Positions 27,680-37,268 of a stretch of DNA of 64,000 nt are shown in pieces. Position numbers and translations under genes: made by a program. How positions within the stretch are numbered: the first letter of the stretch is position 1; each line of letters starts with the position of its first letter. This DNA comes from a bacterium (GTDB lineage: Bacteria; Patescibacteriota; Patescibacteriia; UBA1558; UBA10009). Location of the stretch: positions 264,884 to 328,883 of the forward strand of contig JABHGM010000001.1 of assembly GCA_018672055.1 (NCBI GenBank). The letters are read 5' to 3'. A model generated the notes under the pieces. The model saw only the letters and a list, made by a program, of their open reading frames with translations, was not told the DNA's origin and did no database searches.

Positions 27680-27901
27680 ATGTATATGAAGATAGAAATA
27701 GATCAAGAAAATTGTATAGGCTGTGGTAGCTGTTCTGCACTAGCTCCTGAAACTTTTGCCATGAATGATGATGGAAAGGCAGAAGTTAAAAATCAAGAGG
27801 GTAGTAGTGATGAAGACACGCTTGAAGCAGCTAAATCATGCCCGGTTAGTGTTATTCATTTAACAAACGAAGAGGATAAAAAAATATATCCTGAGGATTA
27901 A
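27680..27901 (+). CDS. ferredoxin (single [4Fe-4S]/[3Fe-4S] type)
   Basis: CIGCGSCSALAP ... CPVSVI motif pair. Confidence 0.8.
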   Translation: MYMKIEIDQENCIGCGSCSALAPETFAMNDDGKAEVKNQEGSSDEDTLEAAKSCPVSVIHLTNEEDKKIYPED

Positions 27902-27904
27902 TCT

Positions 27905-29608
27905 ATGGAGCATATCAATATTAAAATTGGTGGCCAGGCTGGGTATGGAGTTATGGTAACTGGTAAAATGATTGCTAAAGCTTGTATGAGGCAAGGCTGG
28001 TCTGTTTTTTGTTATACGGAGTATCCCTCTTTAATACGTGGCGGTCATAATACATATCAAGTTTATGCAAATAAAGAAAAAGCATATTCTCAAAGAGGTG
28101 ATATTCAAGTCTTAATCGCTTTAGATGAAGAGACTATTAAAGAGAATGGCAAGGAAGTAATAGATGGGGGTATTATTATCTATGATTCATCTAGTGTTAA
28201 TTTAAAGGATAAAAGAGGTGATGTTGAATATATTGACGTGCCTATGATTGAGATGTCTAAGGAGGTGCATGGTACTGACTTAATGAAAGATACTGCAGCT
28301 TTGGGTGCAGTTTTAGCTCTTTATCAAATTCACTTTGTTACAATTGAAGATATCATTAAAGATGCTTTTAAAATTAAAGATGAAGAAATAATTAAACAAA
28401 ATATTGAAGTTGCTAGAAAAGGCTATGAGTATATTACTCAAAAAACTAAGACTAAATTTTTAAATATAAAGTTAAATAAGATAGAAGGAATTGAAAGAAT
28501 ATTAATTACTGGTAATGAAGCAATTGGTTTAGGAGCTCTAGCTTCTGGTTGTAAATTCTATGTTGCTTACCCTATGACACCAGCTACTGCTATACTTCAT
28601 TTTATGGCAGCTAACGCTAGAGATTATGATTTAGTAGTTAAACAAGCAGAAGATGAGATATCAGTTATTAATATGGCTATTGGCGCTTCCTTTACTGGCG
28701 TTAGATCAATGTGTGCTACCTCTGGAGGAGGCTTTGCCTTAATGAATGAAACTATTGGTTTTGCTGCTATTTCTGAGACACCTTTAGTAATTGTTGAAGC
28801 TCAAAGAACTGGTCCAGCTACTGGACTGCCAACTTGGTCTGGTCAAGGAGAATTACTTTATGCTATTCATGCTTCTCATGGCGAGTTCTTAAGAGTTGTT
28901 ATTGCTCCAGGAGATGCAGAGGAATCATACGAAGCTACGATTCATGCTTTTAACTTAGCTGATAAGTATCAGTTACCTGTTATTTTACTAACTGATAAAT
29001 ATAATGCAGAAAGTCCATGTTCAGTTGAACCTTTTAGTACTAAGAATGTAAAAATTGATAGGGGACAAATGATAAGTCAAAAAGAATTAGATAAGATAAA
29101 AGATTTTAAAAGATATCAATTAACTCCGTCAGGTATTTCTCCAAGATCAATACCTGGTCAAAAGAATGGAGTCTATCAAGCAAATAGTGATGAACATGAT
29201 GAATATGGATATTCTACAGAAGAAGTTGATATGAGGAATAAGATGATGGAAAAGAGATATGGAAAATTAGCAGCTCTTAAAAAAGACATGCCTGAACCAA
29301 AAATATATGGTAATGAGAAAGCTAAGAAGACTATTCTCTGCTGGGGTTCTACTAAGCTAACTGCTTTAGAAGCCTTAAAAGATTTAGATGATGTTAGAGT
29401 AGTTCATATGCAATATATGAATCCATTTCCAGTCGAGTTTATAAAGAAAAATATTGATCCAAAAACTACTATTATAATAGAAGGAAATCAAACAGCTCAG
29501 TTACAACAATTAATACGTCAGCAAACAGGAATGCTTATTGAAAAAACATTACTTAAATATGATGGTAGACCATTTTATCCAGAAGAAATAATTAAAGCTT
29601 TAAAATAA
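27905..29608 (+). CDS. 2-oxoacid:ferredoxin oxidoreductase, alpha subunit (fused gamma-alpha)
   Basis: 567 aa; N-terminal GGQAGYGV gamma-like domain, then pyrimidine-binding domain (ITGNEAIGLGALASGCKFYVAYPMTPAT). Confidence 0.9.
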   Translation: MEHINIKIGGQAGYGVMVTGKMIAKACMRQGWSVFCYTEYPSLIRGGHNTYQVYANKEKAYSQRGDIQVLIALDEETIKENGKEVIDGGIIIYDSSSVNLKDKRGDVEYIDVPMIEMSKEVHGTDLMKDTAALGAVLALYQIHFVTIEDIIKDAFKIKDEEIIKQNIEVARKGYEYITQKTKTKFLNIKLNKIEGIERILITGNEAIGLGALASGCKFYVAYPMTPATAILHFMAANARDYDLVVKQAEDEISVINMAIGASFTGVRSMCATSGGGFALMNETIGFAAISETPLVIVEAQRTGPATGLPTWSGQGELLYAIHASHGEFLRVVIAPGDAEESYEATIHAFNLADKYQLPVILLTDKYNAESPCSVEPFSTKNVKIDRGQMISQKELDKIKDFKRYQLTPSGISPRSIPGQKNGVYQANSDEHDEYGYSTEEVDMRNKMMEKRYGKLAALKKDMPEPKIYGNEKAKKTILCWGSTKLTALEALKDLDDVRVVHMQYMNPFPVEFIKKNIDPKTTIIIEGNQTAQLQQLIRQQTGMLIEKTLLKYDGRPFYPEEIIKALK

Positions 29609-29609
29609 T

Positions 29610-30476
29610 ATGAGTGATTTAAATGTAAAACAATACGAAACTTGTAATAGTCCTACTTGGTGTCCAGGTTGTGGTAATAATCCAATACTTATTGCTGTTA
29701 GAAAAGCTTTAGTTAATTTAGGTATAGAACCACATGAAGTAGCTTTTACTTTTGATATTGGTTGTAATAGTAATGGAGCTAACTTTTTAAATGGCTATAT
29801 TTGTCATGCCTTACATGGTAGATCACTACCACCTGCTGAAGCTATACGTTTAGCTAATCATAATTTAAAAGCAATTATCTCATTTGCTGGTGATGGTGGT
29901 GGTTTTGGTATTGGTATTGGACATTTTATACATGCTTGTCGTAGGAATATAGATATATTGTATTTAACACATGATAATCAGATATATGGTTTAACTACAG
30001 GTCAAACATCACCTACTTCTTCAAAAGGTGTTAAAACAAAATCAACGCCATTTGGTAATCCAGAAGAACCAGTTAATCCACCAGCCTTAGCTTTGTCATC
30101 AAGTGCTACTTGGGTAGCCAGAGGTTTTGCAGGTGAAATAAATCATTTAACTTCTTTAATAGAAAAAGGTATTAAACATCCAGGTTTTGCTCATTTAGAT
30201 GTATTTCAACCATGTGTTACTTTTAATAAGTTAAATACATTTGATTGGTTTAGAAAAAGAGTCTATAAATTAGAAGAAACAGATTACAAGCCTAATGACA
30301 AGAAAAAAGCTTGGAGTAAAGCATGGGAATTAGATGAGAAATTACCACTCGGAGTATTATATGAAGAAAAAAAAGAAACATATAAAGATCAATTACCTCA
30401 ACTTGCCAATGAAGCTTTAGTTGAGAAGAAGTTAGGTTCAGTTGACTTAACTAAAGCAATGGAAGAGTATAAATAA
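29610..30476 (+). CDS. 2-oxoacid:ferredoxin oxidoreductase, beta subunit (TPP-binding)
   Basis: WCPGCGN motif and GDGGGFGIG TPP-binding motif. Confidence 0.9.
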   Translation: MSDLNVKQYETCNSPTWCPGCGNNPILIAVRKALVNLGIEPHEVAFTFDIGCNSNGANFLNGYICHALHGRSLPPAEAIRLANHNLKAIISFAGDGGGFGIGIGHFIHACRRNIDILYLTHDNQIYGLTTGQTSPTSSKGVKTKSTPFGNPEEPVNPPALALSSSATWVARGFAGEINHLTSLIEKGIKHPGFAHLDVFQPCVTFNKLNTFDWFRKRVYKLEETDYKPNDKKKAWSKAWELDEKLPLGVLYEEKKETYKDQLPQLANEALVEKKLGSVDLTKAMEEYK

Positions 30477-30538
30477 AAAAAGGTTAGTTAGACTAACCTT
30501 TTCAGTTAAGAAATATTAAGGAATTATTATTCCTTATT

Positions 30539-30916
30539 TTATTTTGTTTGAGATAAATGAATTCCGAGTATATCTGAGAGTTCAATTAAGCGATTAGTCT
30601 CATATTCTCCCCAGGCAATATTTTTATCTTCGTAAACTCTATTAATAGCTTCTTTTTGATTCATCTCAACCAATGCCTTTGCAACTGATTCGTTTGTACC
30701 ATTATTTTGTACACGTACACAGGTCATTACCAATATTTCTGCCATTTTTTTAGTATCTTTTTTAGGTACAGCACTTAAATCACTATTTGCCAAGCATTCT
30801 GAAATCAAGCTTACAATATACTGGATAGGTATATCAAGATTGATTCTTGTTGTTGCATCATATCCTGGCAAAATTTTCATCATGAACTGATGTATCTTTG
30901 GTTTTATTTCTGACAT
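30539..30916 (-). CDS. hypothetical protein, paralog family A (single domain)
   Basis: 125 aa; homologous to 31081..31716 and 31860..32219 products (shared helical pattern with conserved Cys and Gln-Lys-Asp/Glu-Ala region, e.g. LVEMNQKEA / LISMNQKDA / ILALDQKDY). Confidence 0.5.
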   Translation of the reverse strand: MSEIKPKIHQFMMKILPGYDATTRINLDIPIQYIVSLISECLANSDLSAVPKKDTKKMAEILVMTCVRVQNNGTNESVAKALVEMNQKEAINRVYEDKNIAWGEYETNRLIELSDILGIHLSQTK

Positions 30917-31080
30917 TTCTTTCTCCTATTGTTATTTAAGAACGTATTTATTAGTTCCATTGTAGTATATGATACTAACAGATTTGCTATTTTTAGTCAA
31001 CCTATCTTAAATAAAAAAAGGCTAGACTTGCTAACCTTTTAAATTGAGAAATATGAAGGAATTATTATTCCTTCTTTGTT

Positions 31081-31716
31081 TTAGATATAATTATCAATTC
31101 TATGACATATATCTTCTAAAACAGCAATATTTTTATCAGTACTTAAGTCAAATTTTTTAGATGCTCTTTTTGGAGCGTCTTTCTGATTCATTGATATAAG
31201 TGTTTGGATTACTGCTGAAGTAGATTTTTTTGCATTACATAAAGTAGTTGAGAATACAAAATCTGATGCTATTTCTTCGCGGGATTTTTCAGGGGTATGA
31301 CCTTCAGTACATAGATATGCTATAAAAGTGATTACATCTTCCATTGGTACTTTTACTGGCATATCAGGTAATTTAAGTTTTTCCAGAAGCATGTTTGTAA
31401 ATACTTGATGCATGGGTTGTGTCTTGATTTTCTTCAACATATTTTGATTATCAACATAACTTTCTTCCAGGCGAGTAATCCTATTCATATCTAACATGGC
31501 ATGTTCTGCTGGGCCACGATTTGATAGGGGTATCAACTTATAATTTTCTAAGAATATTTTTACCATTTTTTTACGAGCTGTTATGGGTAAAAATCCGGAT
31601 CTGCAGAAGAAAAATATCATAATTTGCATATTTATTTCTGATATATCAGGTAATTCACATTTTTTAAGAAATACATTAATAAAAATTTTATGCATTGGTG
31701 GATTTATTTTAGACAT
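31081..31716 (-). CDS. hypothetical protein, paralog family A (tandem duplication of the domain)
   Basis: 211 aa; two copies of the family-A domain (PMHKIFINVFLKKCELPD... and PMHQVFTNMLLEKLKLPD...). Confidence 0.5.
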   Translation of the reverse strand: MSKINPPMHKIFINVFLKKCELPDISEINMQIMIFFFCRSGFLPITARKKMVKIFLENYKLIPLSNRGPAEHAMLDMNRITRLEESYVDNQNMLKKIKTQPMHQVFTNMLLEKLKLPDMPVKVPMEDVITFIAYLCTEGHTPEKSREEIASDFVFSTTLCNAKKSTSAVIQTLISMNQKDAPKRASKKFDLSTDKNIAVLEDICHRIDNYI

Positions 31717-31859
31717 TTTTGTCTCCTATTTGTTTATGAGCGAAATATTATTTATATTAATAATATAAAATAATAGCAGATTCATTATTTTTAGTCAATT
31801 TAGTATAAATAAAAAAAGACCAGATAAAGCACTGGTCTTTTGTAATTCAAGGGATAGGA

Positions 31860-32219
31860 CTATTTAAGAAAGCCAATAATATTTTTGATTTGAGATATCT
31901 TCTTATCTTGGCTTTTGTTTATCAACTTAACAAAGTAATCCTTTTGGTCTAGAGCTAAAATAGCTTTAGCAGTGGCTCGAGCAATCGTTGGATGAATATT
32001 GCGTGATTCGACAGAAGATAAAATGTTCGTAAACAGTACGTCAGCAAAGTTTTTCTGACTTTTTTTTGGTATTTTATTTTCTGTCAATAAATGGCAGATC
32101 AAAAGTAAAATTGTACAGTTATTCAGATACGGTTGATTTTCTTTAAGCCAAGGATCTTCTTTTTTAAGTATGGCGAGAAGACCTTCATGTAATAGTATTT
32201 TATCTGATGTATTTTTCAA
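31860..32219 (-). CDS. hypothetical protein, paralog family A (diverged)
   Basis: 119 aa; related to the two upstream paralogs. Confidence 0.45.
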   Translation of the reverse strand: MKNTSDKILLHEGLLAILKKEDPWLKENQPYLNNCTILLLICHLLTENKIPKKSQKNFADVLFTNILSSVESRNIHPTIARATAKAILALDQKDYFVKLINKSQDKKISQIKNIIGFLK

Positions 32220-32365
32220 TACTTTCCCCTTTATTTTATTAAGAACATTAAATAATACATAACAGTAGCATTGTAGGCATATTTAGTCAATGGTTTGAAA
32301 GCTTTGCTTATCATGCGCGTCTTAATAACTAAGTAGATATATTCTATTTAATTAATAAGATAAAT

Positions 32366-32554
32366 ATGGCTAAAATTAGTAAAAAAATTGGATTATCATT
32401 TATAGCTAGCGTAATTATAATAATAGGTATGCTAGCTTTAACATTTCCATTAATCCCTGGATTTTTACTTATATTCCTAGGTGCTTCCTTAATGCCTAGT
32501 GATAGATTTAAGGTAAAAGTTCGTGAATTAAGGGAAAGAATGGTCATATTTTAA
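32366..32554 (+). CDS. small membrane protein
   Basis: ORF track 62 aa. Confidence 0.35.
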   Translation: MAKISKKIGLSFIASVIIIIGMLALTFPLIPGFLLIFLGASLMPSDRFKVKVRELRERMVIF

Positions 32555-32669
32555 GAATTACTAATTAGTTCTTCTAAAGACTCAAAAGCTTTGGCTTTTG
32601 AGTCTTTTAGTTACTTGACTAAATTGACTATTTAGACTATGATACTTTATCAATTAAGGAGGAGTAATA

Positions 32670-32912
32670 ATGATTCCGTACATAGTATATAAGAAGATTG
32701 ATAGTTTGGAGGAAATAGCAAAATTAAAAGATTTAGTTTTAAAATTACTGGGTTCAGGAAAAAAATTAATTGAATATCCTTCAGGCATAGCATTAGTTTT
32801 AAGTAAGGAAGAATATGAAATTTTATTCAAAAATAAATGGCAGATTCAGTCTTTAACTAATGTTTTAGATCCATATGGTCTAGTTGAACAAGTTTTAACC
32901 AAATCACCTTAG
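32670..32912 (+). CDS. hypothetical small protein
   Basis: ORF track 80 aa; RBS AGGAGG 8 nt upstream. Confidence 0.45.
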   Translation: MIPYIVYKKIDSLEEIAKLKDLVLKLLGSGKKLIEYPSGIALVLSKEEYEILFKNKWQIQSLTNVLDPYGLVEQVLTKSP

Positions 32913-32987
32913 TTTTGCTAAGGTGATTTTTTATGACTTGACATATATTTACTACATGATACTATTGATAATGATTATCAATAACAT

Positions 32988-33401
32988 ATGATTTTAAAAG
33001 TACCACAAGGAAAAAGGCTTACTAAGCAAAGGAGTATAATACTTGAAGAATTAAAAAAGAATAGGATTCATCCAACTGCTTTAGAGGTTCATAAATTAGT
33101 AAAAAAAAGGTTACCTAAAATTAGTTTAGCTACTATTTATCGTAATCTTAAATTTTTACAAAGTAATGGATATATAATGAGTATTAACTGTGAAAGTTGT
33201 AATTCAGAACGCTTTGATGGTTTTACTGATCACCATCAACATTTTTCTTGTAAAGTTTGTCAAAAAGTATATGATATGAATAAGTCTAAATCAGACGAAG
33301 TTAAGGTTAATAAAAAGGAAGGTCATCAGGTTGATGACTATCAAATAATATTTAATGGAATTTGTAAAATATGTCTAAAGAAAGAAAAACAATATATTTA
33401 G
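32988..33401 (+). CDS. Fur-family metalloregulator (Fur/PerR-like)
   Basis: 137 aa; HPTALEVHKLVKKRLPKISLATIYRNLKFLQSNGYI winged-helix region and C-terminal Cys/His cluster. Confidence 0.8.
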   Translation: MILKVPQGKRLTKQRSIILEELKKNRIHPTALEVHKLVKKRLPKISLATIYRNLKFLQSNGYIMSINCESCNSERFDGFTDHHQHFSCKVCQKVYDMNKSKSDEVKVNKKEGHQVDDYQIIFNGICKICLKKEKQYI

Positions 33402-34549
33402 ATCACGCTGCTACTACATATGTAAGAGATGAAGTAGTTAAAGCTATGGAACCATATTGGCAAGATATATATGGTAATCCATCTTCAATATATTTTAAAG
33501 GACAAGAAGCTAAACGAGCTTTAAATGATGCTAGATCAAAAGTAGCTAGTATTTTTAATTGTGAATCCTCTGAGATTATATTTGAAGGTTCTGGTTCTGA
33601 ATCAGATAATCATGCTTTAATTGGTACGGCTTTAGCTAATCAAGGGAATGGTAAACATTTAATAACTACAGCTATAGAACATCATGCAGTACTTCATGCT
33701 ATGGCATATTTAGAAACTCTAGGTTTTGAAGTTACTTACTTACCTGTAGATAAAGATGGTTTAGTTAAAGAGCAAGATTTAAAAGATGCTATAACTCCAA
33801 AAACTATTTTAGTTTCCATAATTCATGGTCATAATGAAATAGGTACAGTACAAGATATTAAAAAATTAAATAAAATATCTAAAGAAGTAAATAAAGATAT
33901 TATTTTTCATACTGATGCTTGTCAATCAGCTGCTTTCTATAATCTAGATGTTAAAGATTTAGACATTGATCTTATGACTATAAATGGTTCTAAGATATAT
34001 GGTCCTAAAGCTACTGGTGTTTTATATATTAAAAAAGGAACTATAGTTAACCCTATTATCCACGGTGGTGGTCAAGAAAAAGGTAAAAGAGCTGGTACAG
34101 AGAATATTCCAGGTATTATTGGTTTAGCTAAAGCTTTAGAACTTATTCAAACTGATATGAAAGAAGAGAATAAGCGATTAATAGAATTAAGAGATAAATT
34201 AATTAAAGGGTTACTTACTATACCTAAAGTTATTTTAAATGGGCATCCTGAAAAAAGATTACCTAACAATGTTAATGTTACTATTAAAGATATTGAAGGT
34301 GAAGCTATGTTACTTCACTTAGATGAACTTGGTATTTGTGCTTCTTCTGGTTCTGCTTGTACTTCAGGTAGTTTAGAGCCTTCTCATGTTATTCTAGCTT
34401 TAGGTCATCCATATGAAATGGCTCATGGTAGTATGCGTTTTAGTTTAGGTAGAGCTAATACAGAAGAAGATATTGAATTATTGCTTAAAGAGTTTCCATC
34501 AATAATTGAAAAATTAAGGGCAATGAGCCCAGTAAATTTAAAAGATTAA
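33371..34549 (+). CDS. cysteine desulfurase (NifS/IscS family)
   Basis: 392 aa; PLP-Lys region INGSKIYGPKATG and active-site SSGSACTSGS. Confidence 0.9.
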   Translation: MSKERKTIYLDHAATTYVRDEVVKAMEPYWQDIYGNPSSIYFKGQEAKRALNDARSKVASIFNCESSEIIFEGSGSESDNHALIGTALANQGNGKHLITTAIEHHAVLHAMAYLETLGFEVTYLPVDKDGLVKEQDLKDAITPKTILVSIIHGHNEIGTVQDIKKLNKISKEVNKDIIFHTDACQSAAFYNLDVKDLDIDLMTINGSKIYGPKATGVLYIKKGTIVNPIIHGGGQEKGKRAGTENIPGIIGLAKALELIQTDMKEENKRLIELRDKLIKGLLTIPKVILNGHPEKRLPNNVNVTIKDIEGEAMLLHLDELGICASSGSACTSGSLEPSHVILALGHPYEMAHGSMRFSLGRANTEEDIELLLKEFPSIIEKLRAMSPVNLKD

Positions 34550-34552
34550 TAT

Positions 34553-35221
34553 ATGAATATATTTAAAAAGAAAATTAAAGAAGAAGAAGTTGAATCTGAC
34601 GGAGTTGATCAAACTGGTGCAGATTGGGCCTATTCTGATGAGGTTAGAAAACATTTTTTTGAACCTCAAAATTTTGTTACTGAAACACCTAAAGATTTTA
34701 ATGGTTTAGGTATGGTTGGTTCTCCAGCTTGTGGTGACATGATGAAAGTTTGGATTAAAGTAGATCCAAAGAAAGAGGTAATTGAAAACTTTAGTTGGCA
34801 AACTTTTGGTTGCGCATCAGCCATTGCTTCTACTTCTATGCTATCTGTAATGGTTGTAGAAAATGGTGGCAGAACAATTGATGAAGCTTTAGCTATTACT
34901 CCTAAAGATATTATGGATAGATTAGCTGGTTTACCATCACGTAAAGTTCATTGTAGTGTTTTAGGTGACAAAGCTTTAGAAGCTGCAATAAATGATTACT
35001 TTAGAAGAACTAATCAAAAAGATAGGATGAAGCAAGCTGGTTCTAGGATAATAGATAAGGAATTAAGAATTACAGATAAAGATATTGAAACAGCTGTTAA
35101 GGATGGTGCTAAAACTTTCGAAGAAGTTCAAGCTAAAACTAAAGTTGGTACTGGTGATCCAGATTGTCTTATTGAAGCTAAAGAGTTGGTAAACTTTTAC
35201 GTCGAGAAATATTACTTATAA
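34553..35221 (+). CDS. NifU/IscU-type Fe-S cluster scaffold protein with C-terminal extension
   Basis: GSPACGDMMKVWIKVD ... FGCASAIASTS scaffold cysteines; C-terminal BFD-like region. Confidence 0.8.
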   Translation: MNIFKKKIKEEEVESDGVDQTGADWAYSDEVRKHFFEPQNFVTETPKDFNGLGMVGSPACGDMMKVWIKVDPKKEVIENFSWQTFGCASAIASTSMLSVMVVENGGRTIDEALAITPKDIMDRLAGLPSRKVHCSVLGDKALEAAINDYFRRTNQKDRMKQAGSRIIDKELRITDKDIETAVKDGAKTFEEVQAKTKVGTGDPDCLIEAKELVNFYVEKYYL

Positions 35222-35251
35222 TAGTTAATAAATTAAATAGATAAAACATAT

Positions 35252-35437
35252 ATGGCAAAAACTATGTACAAAGTAGATGATGTTGTACCTAAAACAGGAA
35301 ATTATCGTTGTGTTATCTGTGATCATATCATGGAGTTTAAAGAAGGCGATAAATTCGTTGTTTGTCCAGTTTGTTTAGCTGGTCAAGAAGGTGGTCCAAC
35401 AGAACCCCATGAAGATTTCTGGGAGATAGTAGAATAA
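35252..35437 (+). CDS. rubredoxin-like zinc-ribbon protein
   Basis: 61 aa; CVICDH ... CPVCLAG two CxxC knuckles. Confidence 0.5.
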   Translation: MAKTMYKVDDVVPKTGNYRCVICDHIMEFKEGDKFVVCPVCLAGQEGGPTEPHEDFWEIVE

Positions 35438-35477
35438 ATAGATTATATACATAATAAATAATTAATTAAAAAACAAT

Positions 35478-35894
35478 ATGGAGAAAGAAGAATTAATAAA
35501 ACTTTTAAATGAAGATTTGGCTAAAGAATTTGCAGCTGCTGTACAATACATACAACATGCAGCTACTATCACTGGAGCCAAGTATCAATCTATACAAAAA
35601 GAATTAGTTATTCACGCTACAGAAGAGATGGAACATGCTAATCAATTAGCAATTCAAATCGATTTCTTAGGTGGTGTACCAACTACTGATGTTGATACTC
35701 GTTATACTAGTGATGATTCTGAAGAAATGTTGAAACAAGATTTAACTGGTGAAAAAGGAGCTATAGCTCGTTATAAGACTAGAGTTAAACAGGCTAATGA
35801 GCTTGGTGAATATGGTTTAGAAAATGTTTTAAAGAATATTCTAAGTATGGAAGAAGAGCATCAGCAAGATCTAGAAACAGCGTTAAATGATTAA
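35478..35894 (+). CDS. ferritin-like protein (bacterioferritin/rubrerythrin-type four-helix bundle)
   Basis: E..AA.QY.QHA ... HATEEMEHANQLAIQIDFLGGVP ... MEEEHQQDL paired ExxH di-iron motifs. Confidence 0.6.
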   Translation: MEKEELIKLLNEDLAKEFAAAVQYIQHAATITGAKYQSIQKELVIHATEEMEHANQLAIQIDFLGGVPTTDVDTRYTSDDSEEMLKQDLTGEKGAIARYKTRVKQANELGEYGLENVLKNILSMEEEHQQDLETALND

Positions 35895-35917
35895 AAAAAA
35901 GAAAGGAAAAAAATAAT

Positions 35918-36433
35918 ATGATTAAAATTGGACAACCTGCTCCAGAGTTTACTTTGGAAGCAGCATATAAAGACAAATTTGAAAAAGTATCACTTAAAGA
36001 TTATAAAGGAAAATGGACAGTACTATTTTTCTATCCATTAGATTTTACTTTTGTTTGTCCTACAGAAATTACAGAGTTTAGTAAACGAACTAAAGAATTT
36101 GATGAATGTGATACTAAAGTATTAGGCGCTAGCGTTGATAGTGTTCATTCACATAAGGCTTGGCTTAAAGATTTAGGTGAACTTAATTATCCATTACTCT
36201 CTGATATGACAAAGCAAGTATCACGTGATTATGGAGTTTTACTTGAAGAAGAAGGTATTACTTTAAGAGGAACCTTTATTATTGATCCTGAAGGTATTGT
36301 TAGGTATCAGTTAATTCATGATAATAATATTGGACGTAATGTAGAAGAGATATTAAGAGTGCTTAAAGCTTTACAATCAGGTGGTTTATGTCCAGCAGGC
36401 TGGCAACCAGGTGATGACAATCTAAAAGGTTAA
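35918..36433 (+). CDS. peroxiredoxin (AhpC/Prx family, 2-Cys type)
   Basis: Peroxidatic Cys motif FTFVCPTEI and resolving Cys GGLCPAGWQPGD. Confidence 0.85.
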   Translation: MIKIGQPAPEFTLEAAYKDKFEKVSLKDYKGKWTVLFFYPLDFTFVCPTEITEFSKRTKEFDECDTKVLGASVDSVHSHKAWLKDLGELNYPLLSDMTKQVSRDYGVLLEEEGITLRGTFIIDPEGIVRYQLIHDNNIGRNVEEILRVLKALQSGGLCPAGWQPGDDNLKG

Positions 36434-36451
36434 TTATTAATAAATAAATAT

Positions 36452-36748
36452 ATGGAACCACAAGTTGAACCTAAAGAAAAACATATTCCAGTTATTGAAA
36501 AACTTGAAGATAATAAAGTAATAGTTAAAGTAGGTGCTGTAGAGCATCCTATGACTGAAGAACACTTTATTGAATGGATTGAATTATATAAGTCAGGTGA
36601 ACTCGTTAAACATGTTGATTTAAAACCTAGTGATAAGCCAGAAGCTACTTTTGAAGTAGAGTTTGAGTCATTAGATGATTTAATGGCTAAAGAGCATTGT
36701 AATCTACATGGTACTTGGCAGAGTGATAAGGAAGAAATGGTAGTTTAA
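36452..36748 (+). CDS. superoxide reductase (neelaredoxin-type, 1Fe-SOR)
   Basis: 98 aa; EKHIPVIE (E-K-H-V/I-P), HPMTEEHFIEWI and CNLHGTWQ motifs typical of SOR centre II. Confidence 0.8.
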   Translation: MEPQVEPKEKHIPVIEKLEDNKVIVKVGAVEHPMTEEHFIEWIELYKSGELVKHVDLKPSDKPEATFEVEFESLDDLMAKEHCNLHGTWQSDKEEMVV

Positions 36749-36817
36749 GTAGTATATAGAAAAATTGAATATATAAAAAAATCCTTGGTACTAGTTAGTC
36801 CCAAGGATTATATCTGT

Positions 36818-37156
36818 TTAAGAGTGTTTAAATGAGTTACTTTTTGGAGGAACTTCATTTAGTTTTACATGATATATTTTTTCTATTTCAGAAAAAGTTA
36901 GAAAGAAAAATAAATCCTTTGGAAAATTTGCCATCACCTCGTCGTATATTGGTTTTCTACCGAGATTAGAGTTCATTATCTGTCTTTCTATCTCTTTATA
37001 CTTACGAGCACCTTCAGCATTGAAGTATCCATTTATGTCTATCTCATTACCATCTTTATCAATAACAATGTGAGGGTTGTCAGTCTTAAATTTTACTTTG
37101 GTTGATTTATTTTGGGGTTTTTTATTCTTTTTTTTAGTTCCTCTGATAATATCCAT
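36818..37156 (-). CDS. hypothetical basic protein
   Basis: ORF track 112 aa. Confidence 0.4.
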   Translation of the reverse strand: MDIIRGTKKKNKKPQNKSTKVKFKTDNPHIVIDKDGNEIDINGYFNAEGARKYKEIERQIMNSNLGRKPIYDEVMANFPKDLFFFLTFSEIEKIYHVKLNEVPPKSNSFKHS

Positions 37157-37268
37157 TATATCCTCCTATCATTTTAATATTGTCCAAGAACATAAGTTAC
37201 CTTATATAATGAAATGGTATTTGTCAATTAAAGCTTGACTTATTTCTTCAAAGGGTTAAGTTGAATAT

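Noticed and set aside
31583-32547. ORFs 31583..31768 (+) and 32344..32547 (-)
   Set aside because: They overlap the better-supported paralog gene and the small membrane protein gene on the opposite strand. They are hydrophobic, low-complexity frames.
35794-35976. 60-aa minus-strand ORF
   Set aside because: It is antisense across the ferritin-like/peroxiredoxin junction.
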